Part shown: positions 27,150 through 40,401 of the stretch, piece by piece
Numbering within the stretch: position 1 is the first letter of the stretch
How the letters are laid out: the number at the start of each line of letters is the position of its first letter
Origin: Takakia lepidozioides
Lineage: Eukaryota > Plantae > Bryophyta
Assembly: GCA_030704615.1 (NCBI GenBank)
Contig: CM060733.1
Span: forward strand, 39,246,001-39,310,000
Reading direction: 5' to 3'
DNA: 64,000 nt
The notes under the pieces: model-generated
The model's input: the letters and a program-made list of their open reading frames with translations, nothing else
Database searches by the model: none
Told to the model about the DNA's origin: nothing
Position numbers and translations under genes: made by a program

Positions 27150-28200
27150 TAACAGTACAAAGTCTGCACCGACTTCAACTACTCCATTTGAAAGTATACA
27201 TATTTTTCGAGAAAATGGCCAATGCCAAGGAAGAACATAAGGAAGCGTTTGAAGTTATCATATTTGTTATACCTTGAAGTCGATGCCGACTTGAGTGGTT
27301 TGAAATGCATGACATGTTGCATATCATATTAAATGTAATAAACAGTAAATAGTAGGGGAAGTGCTTTTCTGAGCTCATACGGTGTCCACCGTCAAGTGAG
27401 GTGAACTTTTGCGCATGTATACAGTATACGTCAAACAGTGCATAGTCGGCACCGTCTTGAACCATAAGATGTGGAAGAAACATGCGCGAAGAGACATATG
27501 GTGCATGTTTACCCGAAATATACGCAAGTGTTTAAGAGAAATAAGTTATGCTCATGCGAGCTGCAGCTGAGCCCTAAAAATAACGTTGCATAACAAAGGG
27601 AAATGGCATTACAAGCATTAAACAAAAAAACTATGGCAACCATTTTGAGCTCATACGAGCTTTATGATTTACTGAAGAGATGTAGTGCACAAATATAAAT
27701 TAGAGGGTGGACCTTGTTGTAGTCAGCACCGACTTTACTCGCAGATTGCCAAGAGGAACTATATTCCCCAAAATAGGAACAATGTCTCTTAATTAGAGGA
27801 TGTGTTTCAAATATATACAGTATGCACATGCCAGCTGCTGCTAAGCCCTAACGATATAGTTCATGAACAGAGGGAAATGGGTTCAGATGCAGCAAACAAC
27901 AATCATAAGACACCTAGTGCACGGAGCGAATATATTGGGTGAAGTGAAGAAACGACCTCGAAATTTACAAAATGGAGTCGGCCGTTGTATAGTCGGCACC
28001 GACTTAAACCACCTGATGTGGACGAAAAAACATATTTCGAGGTAATGTGAAGCATGTCAATTAAAAACATAAATAGTTGTTGAAATGAGAGAAACTCCGC
28101 TCATGTGAGTTGTTGGTGAGCACTTCTTTAATGGTTCAGGGAAAGACAAAGGGAAACGCTTTACAACGTACGTGAGGTGTTCAATTCATGCGCTACAAAG
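27150..28200 (+). repeat. Degenerate ~275-bp tandem repeat (about 4 units), possibly a decayed repeat-protein gene
   Basis: AGTC(G/A/T)GCACCG(A/T)CTT recurs near 27160, 27443, 27721 and 27991. In three units it is followed by GC(T/A)CATG...(G/A)AGC and AGGGAAA blocks. Confidence 0.6.
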
Positions 28201-30046
28201 GTATTGTGCACATTTGTAACCCATACCAAAACTAGTGCATATTGGGGAACGATCTCAACGGTTGCACTTATATGAACTGGGTATGAACTTGCTTCATGAT
28301 CGCCCAAAATAAAAGAATGTGAATGACAATCAATCAGGTTGTATGGCACAACCATCTCGTGTGGTCATGTGAGGTACTTGTAAGCGGAACAAGTAGATTT
28401 TTTGGACATGGTGATGTATTACAAAAGCAATTCAAAGAAATGTACATGGTCGCTAAAGACGACCATGTTGAAGGGTCAAAACAGCTGAGGTCATGCCGAA
28501 TATCCCGGAGTCCTCAAACAGTACTGATTTCCAATAAATATTTTTACCTTACAGAAGGTTGTTTTTGTCATTGAGTCTTCTTTGATTGGTACCTGCCGAA
28601 CAGATTGTTCATCGCCTCTCCCATAGTGTCCGCTCCCATGTGAGGGTATGGGAGTTCTGTCCTCTCGTTCGTGTTTGAGCAACTATCCGCCTTAAGATAG
28701 TAGAGAGAGAGAAGACTCCGGCCGAAGCCGGCGTAGCTTAAGATAGTATATATAGAGGGTAAGGGGTATAGATTTTACAATTCTGCCTCCCTTTGGTGGG
28801 CTCTAGCAGGGCCCCCTTAGAAGATCACCATAAACACGACATAGTTTTGAGCACAACTTGTCACGTATGCATAAAATCAGTCATCCAATGATTTCATTCA
28901 TCTATATATATGGATGAAATGTTCCCGCTACACCTGTCTTAATCTAATTCAAAACTTCATCGCCGGTATTGGTGCTTTAGGAATAAAACAAGCCTCAAAG
29001 GGCAATTGGCTCTCTTGCTTTGCTTTGGCACAACATAAGATGAAGGCAAGACTAGGGAGCATGACTCAGCACAACACACCGATCAGCGCCTTGACATGGT
29101 GTATGGTACTCTGACCACATTTTCTCCATTGACTTGCAATGTCTCCGCAAAGTCTCTCTCTAAAAGAGAGCCAATAGAAAATTGAGGCACTATGGTAAAG
29201 CGGCCGAATGTTAATTCCCACTTTTAGAATCCATCTATTGCATCTTCTTGACCCGTGGAATCTCAGCTTTTTTCAAGCCCGCATAAGTGAGAGCCCCTTC
29301 CCCCCTCCAAAGGCCCCATACATCTGTTGGCTAACTTAACAGTTGCATGTGACCCCTCAAAGTATGAAGACACTCCACAGTCACTAGCATTTGGCTGTAG
29401 CTGATGTGGCAGTAGTCGCATTAGCTAGGGAAATTCTTAATTTTAAAATTTGCATCAATTCCAATTATTGATCCTAAAAAACAGACAATTGCAGATTCGG
29501 ATTTGATCTTGTTGTGATATGCAGTTTCTAGATCTTTGGGTCAAATAGTTCGCATTTCCACCGTAGGTCAATTCTCCGTGACCCTTGAGTTTCTGCCGGA
29601 ATTCCCCGATGTCCCTGCGAGCGGCCGAGTTTAAAATGGATGGTGTGAGTTTGAAAATAGGGCCGCTTATCCGCCCGCCATGTATCTGGTTATGGATGGG
29701 ATACTGTTGGGATGGCTTGGGATCACTTGGTGCCATAATCGACTTGCTGTTAAAAAAGCCGCCACATTAGCATCAGCACGTAAAACCATGTTTGTCAATC
29801 AAGGAACCGGGATCCCCAAAGTATTTGTTTTTTCGCTAGGGCTCATGGGAATCTGAGCATCAATGGCACAGGGCTTGACTCTTTCGAAGTCAAAAACTTG
29901 GAGAATTTATGTGAATTTGCTTATAAGAGGAGGAACTTTCGCTGAAGTGAGATTATATATAAGTTGGGTGCAACCCACTTTTGGGAAATCTCCAACAAGA
30001 CGTTCTCCTCTGCGATCGGCAGTCGAAAGTAAGGATTCAGGAAGCT

Positions 30047-31850
30047 ATGGCGGACATGAAATGGGACAGTCTCAAAGTGCAAGGCCCCGATGCAGCGGGC
30101 GTTGCCCTGCTCTCCCTCCATCGCCCTTCTCGTCTGAATGCCTTGGATGCATCACTTTTTAAGGAGCTCCCGAGTGCAGTCGCGGCGCTTGATGCCGACC
30201 CCTCAGTCCGTGTCATCATTCTCAGTGGCTCTGGCCGTCACTTCTGCTCGGGCATTGATTTCATCACCCTTGGAGATGTAACTGCTGGAAGCAAAAGTTC
30301 CAAAATTTCAGAAGAAGGTGAGGAGTTCGTATCATAGTAAGATGCGGGTCGATTTTGAAATAAGGAAATTTTGATTTGGGTTTGGATCTTGGTTGTCCGT
30401 ACTCTCTTTTCATGAAGTTGGTGGTTTTATCCGGCTGAGTTCACTGAGGTTGAATTGATTTCCGTTTGAGAAGGACGGATTTTCTTGCCCTTGTTACGGT
30501 TTTCCCCAGCCGAGTTTCCATCAGTTAGGGTTTGAATTGCCAGTGATGATGAGACAACTCTAGAAGAGCTACAGGAGGAGAGACAGCGCCCCTTTCCCCC
30601 TCCTCCTCACAAGGTTTTCACATGGACAAGAAATTGGCACATTAGCAGAACTTGCACTGGTTCTTGGGAATGATCTTTGAATTTCAAGAGGCTAAGGTGT
30701 AGAACCTGGATCCTGCCCATTGACTGAGGTCCGCGATGAATGGACAACTCCTGTTGTTGGCATTTCAATTTTGATCGCCACCGAGTTCTTTTTGCTTAAT
30801 GAAACCTGTTGAGGTTCATTTTTCTTGTGAGCACGAGGCCTTGTTTTTGTTTGAAAATCAGGAGGAAAGCATTTCAGAAACCTGAAATATAACATGCCAG
30901 GTCTCTTCCCTGCAGAGATGTGACACTAATCCAGCTCAGCCTGATTTTTAACAAACAGACGAATGACTGTTTGGCTTCTTCTCCCAATGATCTCTTCTCA
31001 AGCTTGCTGTAAACTAATATGAAAGAGTGACCAATCTCAGTTGTGATTAGAGCTTTGAGGCTGCTGCTATGCGTGCACCTGGTATCTATTGAGAGGCTAC
31101 AAGATGTGGTTATCTATTGAGCTATCACTTTTTTTTAGGTGTCAACATCTCGCTCTCATTTGTTGTTATGAGCAGCTTCGGTACTCTATATATACAACTT
31201 TTGCAATGACTTGTGATTATGCAGGGGACTCAGAAGTGATCAGTGGAGCAGTGAGAGAGGCAGATACCACTGAATGTCCAGGGAGACGGCGAGAGAAGTT
31301 AAGAAGAAATATAAAGGAAATGCAAGCAGCCTTCACTGCTTTTGAAGAATGCCGGAAACCGGTGATTGCAGCCGTCCATGGTGCGTGTATAGGGGGGGGA
31401 GTTGATATGATAACAGCATGCGACCTTCGGTATTGCACAGAGGATGCAATATTCTCTGTAAAAGAGGTCGACCTTGCAATCACAGCCGACCTTGGTACAC
31501 TCCAACGATTACCCGGGCTTGTGGGAGAGGGGAATGCAATGGAATTGGCACTCACAGGGAGGAGGTTCAGTGGAAAAGAGGCTAAATCTCTTGGACTTGT
31601 GCAAGGCGTCTTTGGGACCAAGGCTGAGATGGAAGTGTATGTGGATGGACTGGCAAAAGAAATAGCAAGGAAATCACCACTTACTGTGGTCGGAACCAAG
31701 GCAATGCTGGTGAAGTCTCGTGATCTTACAGTTGCCCAGGGTTTGGAATATGTTGCCGTGTGGAATTCAGCCATGCTTATGTCAGAGGATTTGGAAGAGG
31801 CCATCCAGTCCCAGGTCCACAAACGCAATCCTCAGTATTCAAAGTTGTAA
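30047..31850 (+). CDS. DCI1: Peroxisomal delta(3,5),delta(2,4)-dienoyl-CoA isomerase (enoyl-CoA hydratase/crotonase family)
   Basis: Exons 30047-30317 and 31225-31850. Motifs HFCSGID, CRKPVIAAVHGACIGGGVD and VKEVDLAITADLGTLQRLP; C-terminal PTS1 -SKL. Confidence 0.93.
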
Positions 31851-32221
31851 GGTGTTGCCAAAGAGCTTCATCAGATTGATGCCTAATAGTGTTCACAGTG
31901 TACAAATCATATTTTACTTGTTCAGATGAGAAATGCAAAGGGCCAGATGTCCACATTCAATCACCCACAGCAAGCCAAGACATTCCACCGTTTGAAAGTC
32001 TCATGGACACCGGAACATCTATAATATGTGAGAATGTAATCTGTTCAATTGGGCCTGATGTACATTACACATTGTGGGAGGCTTTGGAGGCCCCTCCAAT
32101 TTCTAATTGGATAATCCTTTGTAAAACTGAACCCAAAACAATGAACAAAGCCCATGTGGGAATTGATCAAGGAGTGTAATATTTGACTTGAATGTGGCCA
32201 GAACCTGAAATCTGCAGCCCA

Positions 32222-35200
32222 TCAATAACTGCGCCCCCACAAAGCCCATTTCTTTGCGGGCTTGCCTGAAGCAAAACACTTTGTGCCTGGTGGATCCCCC
32301 CACCCAACCCCACCAAACACCATTCACAGGATCAAAGCCAGATTCATTCATATTAAAATCAAAACAGTGAAAGGATTCAGAAAAGATCTCTTTAAAATAT
32401 GGAACATCGGATAAGAATGAAAACTCTTGTCCCTCTCACCAAATGCAAAGTCGAGGGACTACCTCCTTCCCATTATAGTGCAAACCTGCTGAAGGTTGCA
32501 ACGAGTACTCTTTCTTTCCCACACAGTAAAGAGGGTCAGGGTGGGACAGGGAGAAAATCATAGCAGCAGTACCTTCAGCAATTGCTTCCTTCACAAGAGG
32601 AAGTGTATCCTGTTCATAGGGCATACAAAGGGTCTTGGCAGCACCCGCCTCCCCTTTAGTCCTGGCCTTCACACTTTCCTCAACTTCCTACAACGTTCCA
32701 GAACCACCACCTAACAAGTGAGTATATCTTCCAAACAACTGAAGAACAGTTTCTATCACATAGCAGGCTCAACCAGATGTAGGGCACTTCATATGTCTTC
32801 CGAGTGCATTTCACCCTACAAGCTCTGCACTACAGGAAGTGTCCCCATACATGATGAAGCATAGAAAGGTACGTCATAAGGCAGGAATTGTCGAAAGAGG
32901 CACTGTAGGGATATGGAACATACTCATGAGATCTGACCACAAAATGTACATCATTTGTTATCTCAACTGACCTACTAATCCAAATATCTGCAACAAGAGC
33001 TTACCACTTCATCACACCACGGTGCAAGGACCATTTTCTTGTTATTCAGAGCAGTAATGAAGTCTTCCCAGTTGTAGGCTGTGACAATGCATGTGTCCCT
33101 CTCCACTCGTGCCCGCTCCAATAGATTTTTCTGAATCTCTTCCAACAGAGTCCCAATCTTCTCCACCAAATCTGCTACAGGCACATCCATCGAGCGGCCC
33201 TCCATTTTGTGTTCCAAGTCCCGTCGAACGACCCGCACCTACAAACTATTTAGGTCAGTGCCTAGTAAGGATGACAGGACAGCCTAACTTCAGACTGTTG
33301 TAGACCTGGTCTTCTGAAAAATGCTGCTGAGGAGAGGAAGTAAAATTAGCAGAAGCTTGAGAGCTATGTGCTTTGAAGTTGCACTTCCAGCCTGAAAAAT
33401 ACCCAAAGTGCATATACAAAAGGCATACATACCCAGAGAGATAACAATCTGTGCAACTGAAAAATGTGCACAAGAGACATGAAGACCACATTAGGCATTG
33501 ACAGCATAGCATATGTATTGATCCTGCACATGATAGGGCATGACACAGACTAACAAGTTCCCAGACCCACTATAGATCTGATTCCCCACATCCAGACACC
33601 CTGAAGCATACGACGGATGGAGAGTTCTTTCAACAGGCATAAAAAGAACGTAGTCAACTTCGAACCTGCTTCTTTTCCATATCCTTGGGGCCAATTTCGA
33701 TCCTAATAGGAACCCCTTTCAACTCCCAGTGTGAGTACTTCCAGCCGGGCGAGTAATTGTCCCGCAAGTCATCCTTCACTCTAAAGCCGGCCTCCCGTAG
33801 TAGGTGGACTGTGTTCAAGCATGCCTCTGAGGGGTCAATACCCTTGAAGGGAACAGGGATCACAACAATCTGAATGGGGGCCACTCTGGGGGGTAAGACC
33901 AACCCTTTGTCATCCCCATGTATCATTACCATAACACCTATCTGCAAAGCACGTCCACCCACATTATGTTACGGTCTTGTCTCTTGTCTCTCTGTTGGTG
34001 TGTCTGTATGTTACATGCTCTTTGGTGGCCGCTGCTGACAATCATCACCCTTGGGGCCCCTGTGGATGTTATTAAGTTTCATCCTCTTTCTCTCTCCTCA
34101 AAAGCCTTCAGTGATGTTCGTTGCCTCTCTCTTCTCTCTCCTCGTTTAACATCTCTAATGATAACAGGGTGAGTAGGGCTGGTATATGTGGTTTCAACCA
34201 ACAGCCTTCTGGAACCCCTGTGACAGATTGCATGGTAAGAGTAGTTGATGATTCTGGCATGCATACAAGTGGAGACTGGCACCACCATTGTAACCCTCTA
34301 CACACAAATTCTGTAATTGGGATGCCAGTTAGACTAGTATGGAAAGGGGAAGAACAGAAGAGATGCACGTAAATAGGCTTTGCTTGCCAATTTCATGTGT
34401 CGAGGATGACTATGGGTATCAAACGCTGCCACATATTCTGAAGCTCTTCTACAGTAGGAGGCTCACAAGTGAAACTCTGAAAGCCAAAAAGCAGACCTTC
34501 ATGGAAATTACAGGAGAGAAGTTGTGATACCGTGCGAGTGGTAAGGCCCCAAGAGTTCTGCCACACCAGCTTGCCCTGCCCATTGTCATCCTCAAATGAA
34601 ATCTCAAACATTTTCGCAAAGTTCTGGCCCAGACAATGTGACGTCCCTCCCTGGACGCCACGGCCTGTCGGCGGAATAAATGCCTGTAATACAAGTCCTC
34701 ATTTAGTGTTTGAGGCGGTTAGTCAGTAATGAGCTGCAATGGACAAAGGCACACAAGTAGATTATAAAACATAGGTTGTTAAAAGTTGATCTGGATAAAG
34801 TAATAAAATGTTTACCAAAAATATATCCCTCTAGCTTTGCACTCTGGGTTGCTTCTGCGCCTACATCATTCATGAAAGAACATGAAGCAAGATGGAGAAG
34901 CTGACCTCCACAGTAGTGGTGTAGAGACCACCAGCAAACTTCTCAACTTCACTCTTGATGCCCTTTATAACAGGCACTGCTAAAAGCTCCTCGTACACTC
35001 TGCGATACAACTCCAGTATTGCTTGCACCTGACTCCAGACAATATGCAGGGATGCATTGCAGAACACTCTTTCAGATTGGGAGGCCACGGTCCAACATAC
35101 ATGGCCTTTGCAGATAAGAATAGGGGGTTGAATTGTCATTGCAAAGGAAGGATACTGGGCAGGTAGAATGATTGTGCGTAGACACAGGCCATTGATGACA

Positions 35201-37853
35201 GCAAGGGAGAGTCCCACCAAGACTGCACAACAATTGTTGCAACTACATCACCAGTTACAGTGGTTATCTTGATGAAAACTGCAAAGATACTTGCCCATAC
35301 AACAATGTCAACTCACATACCTCTACATCTGCTTCATCCTTCGTGGCAAAAGCAGTGTGGCCTTCCTGCCACAAAAACTCCCGACTCCTGCATTCCCCCA
35401 AGTACAACCCTCTCAACACAGAGTAGACAACCCATCCATAGTCAGCAATGGTAAAAAACATTACAAAGAAGACAATTTCCTTCAGATCAACATCGGTGAT
35501 ATCCCCTTTGAAAAGAAAACTTTGGAACAGGCACCATGCGTAACAAACAGGGCATGGTGCCTGTGGGACAAGCAATCAGCTGTAGGTTTTGAAGTTTTAA
35601 CCCAAGCTTCAGTTGTAGGCGAGTGCGTGTTCATAAAATGAAGCATGTTGACATGCATGATAATATCCAGTATTACAACTGTAGGTCTCTAACTTACCAC
35701 ATGACCCTCTTCAGGACCATCAAGAACATTCTACCTGGTACCTCTGATCACCAACTTTGAAAATCTTGAGGCTGAGCGTAAATCCCTGGCCCTGTTGGGG
35801 TCTAATTGCTGGGCAGTCACACACAGCAAGTTGATGCTTGTGTGAAGGTTCTAGAGGATGTTTCGAAAACCCAAATTCATCATCTATATCAAGGTAAGTC
35901 ACACTACCGGAGTGAGCCCCTCACAAAGGTAGTAGTTGTTCCCATTTGTTTTACCCAAACTGGGCATGTGGTCTATGGCCACAAGGTTATGGCTAAGAAC
36001 GTCTTATGAGTGCTAATCAAAGGAGGCTATGGCAAGCCGATGTTCGCAAGGAACGGCATGACTACATCTCTCTCTCATCTCTTTCATTTCGGCTACCGCC
36101 AATGTCTTATGAGTACATTTTCTTCTCTTACCCTGGAAACTCTTGGGGCTTCATGTTGACCACTTTCTTACAGCAGAGTACTTCGTAATTGAGACATGTT
36201 ATATGGCTCCTATCCACCTATGAACCAGAGGCTCACCTGATAAAAGGGGTGGGGTGTTTGAATTCCCATCGCACAACATTGCACCACTGGTTGATTCTGA
36301 AGGGAAGGTCACGGTGGCTGCGAATCCACTTGGCAAATATGGGATACATGACTGTCTCACTGGTTGGGCGAATTGCAATTGGCTCCTCCAATTGGGAGTC
36401 TCCGGATTTTGTCACCCATGCCACCTATACCCACACACACTTGCATAAATGGAGGAGCAAAAATTCACAATGCGGCCATTCATGCAATCTCAAAGTAAAG
36501 GAATGTCAAAAACATCAGCCTGCATGGTTGTGACTGTAAACTAGTTTGCACTACGACGGGATCTAAGAGAGAAATCTTCCTGTAGTGCTACTGACATTGA
36601 AAGCTGCTGGTTCAGTCATGTCCATAACCTACACACATAAGATATGAAAGAGACTAAAAGTGAAACAGCAGAAACAGAAAGCAGAGGTAACAAGAAAGAA
36701 ATGGAAAGAGACTCATCGAAGGAGCACACCTCAGGGGCAAAACCTTCAACATGGTTCTTCTCTTTAGTCAATGCCTTTTCTGATACAAAGAGAGGAAAGT
36801 AGGCGTTTTCAATGCCCATCTTCTTAATCTCCTTATCAAAGAAGTCCTGGATCCCATGTGCAACTTGAGCATTCAGTCCACAGCACAGAAGCCTTCATTC
36901 AACCCTATAATTAAGCTGAAAGGCAGAAATTGAATACTAACAGAATTTGAAACACTTGCTGCTGCACAATTATAAACGATGCAGTGTTCTAATAAGCAAT
37001 ACATAAACTTAATGCAGTTGCTGTGCGGATGACCTCCATCCTGCTAAACCACTCGCCTACGTTATATGCACTTCCCTCATTGGAGCCAATAGAGTCATTT
37101 TCAAACTGTCAGCATGTTCCCCTGTCAGTCTATCCTCTCTCCTCCCACCTTCCAATGCTGATGTATGTAGAGACAAACAGCACCTTGATGAACTCCCAGA
37201 TGGAATAAGACCAAGGGCGAAGAATGTAACACCCTGAGACATCATAATACTCTATCATTTCGCCTCGAACAACCAGCTGCAACCTCCCCAATGTCAAGCC
37301 CACAGAAGCAAAAATTAGCTAATTCATTGTATCCCACCACAAATAGGTCAAAAATTTGCAACATCCTCAAAGTGCTCTCTCTCGCTCTCCCTCACTCTCG
37401 TGTGATTTCCATGCGAGTCCACCGTCCAACAAGATGGTTGCGGGGCTAATTGTTTTAGGCTGTCTGCAAAGCCCATGCCAATTCCAATCTGAGTTGCGGA
37501 CTACGGCCTCTAATAGGCACCAAATGATGAGCAGTGAGAATTCAATGGATCAGTAGCTTGCATTTCAGTGCTGAAAATGTAAGCACCCAGTCAGGAGGAT
37601 TAATATCACATGAATGGACACGACCTAACTGCAAAGACCAGCCATGCGACCCCACTTGCGAGAGTATCACATTCTATCCTTCAGGACGACATGACTACAC
37701 ACACACACACACACACACTCTCGCTCATGCAGGGACTTTCAGGTGATTCAAAAAACATACATCGGAGTACCATTCGCCGAAGTTTTCTTGCTTCTTGTAT
37801 GCCAGACCAAGGCCTGACTCTTTCTTAACTTCCTTCTTCGCTTTTCCCGTCAT
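32222..37853 (-). CDS. Cytosolic (eukaryote/archaea-type) prolyl-tRNA synthetase
   Basis: Eleven phase-compatible exons: 37853-37761, 37276-37184, 36846-36730, 36424-36237, 35387-35321, 35028-34906, 34683-34531, 33941-33666, 33238-33005, 32687-32573 and 32286-32222. Motifs [51 protein letters not shown] and C-terminal GRSY. Confidence 0.97.
37697..37718. repeat. (CA)n microsatellite in ProRS intron 1
   Basis: Direct read of an ACACAC run. Confidence 0.9.
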
Positions 37854-38017
37854 CGCTGCCTCCTTTGCTGTCTGCCTGATTGCAAGAGAACAATCCGAGC
37901 TAAGCACGCACACAAAGCGAGGAGAGCGCTGAAGGGCTCTCACACGCGGATATAGAACAAGAGTGCGTCGCACGCACCCTATTCCTGCTAACCCTTGGAC
38001 GTTTTCTTTTTTCTGGC

Positions 38018-38088
38018 TAGAGACGTACATCCAGATGGTAGAGACGTACATCCAGATGATGAAACTCTGTAGAGACGTACATCCAGAT
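38018..38088. promoter_or_regulatory. Three copies of 19-bp TAGAGACGTACATCCAGAT in the divergent ProRS/RPL28 promoter region
   Basis: Copies at 38018, 38039 and 38070, each with an ACGT core. The regulatory role is inferred from position only. Confidence 0.5.
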
Positions 38089-39115
38089 ACACCAGACTTC
38101 ATCCATGTGGAACCACGTTCTTCATCCTTTAGGACTTCTGTGGCACGGACATAGAGTGACCTGCATCGCATATAGGGTCCTCTAGTGCAGGGTTTTGGGC
38201 TTTCGCGCCGCCTGCTCTGCTGTTGCCTCTGGAGGGCTTGCAGGCGGCCTCCTTCGATCTTTGCAGGTACGATCTTGAGCTCGTTTACGAAGTCGTCTGT
38301 GGTGAGATTCTCAGAGGCGGATTTTCTTGTAGTTTCGACGAAAGGGAAAGAAAATTGTCCATAATTGCTCGGGATATTTGGGGGTGGTGTAGCGGGGAAG
38401 TGTCGTTGTCATGAATTCGGTTGTGTGCTTGTGTTGGTTGACTGGTATGACATCGTGTGGGAAAGCTCGTGGTTTATGCTCGGGTAATCTCCAATGGATG
38501 TGGTAGCAGGACTTCCTAATCTAAAACCCGTTCCACTTCCTTTAGCTTCCCGACCTTCCGCTTTCCCCATCTCCGTAGCCCGTCAATTTCGTTGGTGGTT
38601 CATTTGGTTACTGTAAATTGGCTGTCTCTGTTCTAGTCTTGGGCCGTGTTAGAATGGTGGGTCTGTGACCACTGATAAGCAAGCTCAAACCCTAATTGTG
38701 CAACGTGTCTGGGGGTGGGTGGGGGGGTTGCTCTGTGGTGGTGTTTAGTAACCCTTTCTGGTACATCGTCACTGGACTGTTCTCGTTGGCGCTTATTGCT
38801 GGGGAACTTCAAGTATGACGCGCCCCAGTTTTAGGGTTCTGTGGTCTAGTACACCTGCTGCCCTAAAGCCCAAGTAGGCTTGGTTGCAGAGATAGAAGAA
38901 TCAAATGATCAAAGAAAAAGGGCAACGAACCTTAGCGATCACGCCTCATCGTTTGAATTTGTTGGTTTTCACTTGCACATATACCCTAGAAGAGTGTAGG
39001 CGGGAGCCGTGAATGGTCTAAAGCACTTTACAGACCTATTGTGTGCATGCTGGTAGTGAGTCATATTATGCACCGCTTTAGGGCTCAAAAGCAGTGGGCC
39101 ATCTTGTGCAGGGCG

Positions 39116-40022
39116 ATGGCATCTTCGGACTTAATCTGGTTGTTGGTGAAGAAGAACAACAAGTTTTTGGTGAAAAGAAATGGCAATGGCAATGCCTCTG
39201 TTACCTTTAGCTCTGAGCCCAACAATCTGTATAACCTGAATAGCTTTAAATATTCAGGTACGTTGCACATTTTTTTAGGGGATTTGTGCTAGGATTTCTT
39301 TTATGGTGCTGGCCTGGGGCATCTCTCTCCCATTTTGCGTAGCCTACATGACCGTCTTGTCCAGCTCCAATAGATTCCTCTTGAAGGGCATGTTGGATGT
39401 TGGGAGCAAGACCTTTTGAGTTGTTGGTAGCTTGGATTAGTTTGGATAAGTTCTTAGCTGGGAAGGGACGACGTCGTGGCAGGGGTGGCCAACAAGAAGA
39501 CAGTCACCATTGCAGCTGCTGGCGAGGATTTGTCGGTAGTCTTGGGCACCACAAAGACCAAGAAGGTGAACCAGCCCTCAAAGTCCATCCACAGATCACT
39601 CCTGAAGAAACACTTCCGACAGATGGCTAAATCCGTAGTCAATCAGGTGTGTGTATCTCCTCTTTTTTGTGACGAGTCTTGTACAGGGCAGGTAGCTGGG
39701 GCATTAGGGGGTGGAATGGGGTTGTTAAGCCCACCCCTGAATGACTTTGCTGTTGAAATGCAGAAGGCAAGTGAGAGTGTGTGAGGATGCAAGGGATATA
39801 ATGTGGTGACATTGATGCGTTGAGGTTTTTTTTGTTAATGTGGATTTTAAGATACAGGATTGATTGAAGGACATGCGTATGCAGGTGGTGTCAAATGGGT
39901 ACAGGCCTGATCTTAAGGCGGCAGCATTGGCCCGGCTGAGTGCGGTGCATAAAAGTCTTCGCGTGGCAAAGGCAGGCGGCTCCAAGAAGAATTCCAAGTC
40001 TAGGAAAAAATTGAGAAAGTGA
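39116..40022 (+). CDS. RPL28: 60S ribosomal protein L28 (eL28)
   Basis: Exons 39116-39257, 39483-39646 and 39885-40022. Motifs [33 protein letters not shown] and [21 protein letters not shown] probable non-coding first exon ends at ~38266. Confidence 0.96.
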
Positions 40023-40401
40023 GAATGTTCTTTTTGAGTTACAGATAACAGCAAGAACGAAAAGGTGGTGTCCACCACAGGGAGGGGGGAGTCATGTTCA
40101 GCAAGCCCCATTTCTTTTCTATTGTCTATTTCACTGGAATATACATAGCTTCTTGATGATGGCCCTGTGAGAGTATATATTTTTTCTTTACCTTAAGTTT
40201 GTTTCACAGGTACTCACCATCCGTAGATGCTGGATATGTACATTACCCTGAAGGCCTTGCACTCCAATGCATTGACTTCTATACAGCATTCAATCCCTGA
40301 GAAGTAGGATGACTGTCCTGAAATCTAGGAGAGTTAGCTTAGGTGAATTATGGAGAGCTGCAGGTGTGAATTGGTGACAGGCACATCGGGTGATGTGGGC
40401 A

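Noticed and set aside
27991-28005. AGTCGGCACCGACT resembles the Cas9 tracrRNA/sgRNA terminal hairpin
   Set aside because: This is a short coincidental similarity within a degenerate tandem repeat, with no other scaffold sequence.
31217-31828. 203-aa minus-strand ORF
   Set aside because: Antisense shadow of DCI1 exon 2.
32460-32490. Possible extra micro-exon in the last ProRS intron
   Set aside because: Its phase would not fit the final exon, and direct splicing already yields the canonical C-terminus.
38900-39880. Intronic snoRNAs in RPL28
   Set aside because: No convincing C/D or H/ACA box pair with a terminal stem was found.
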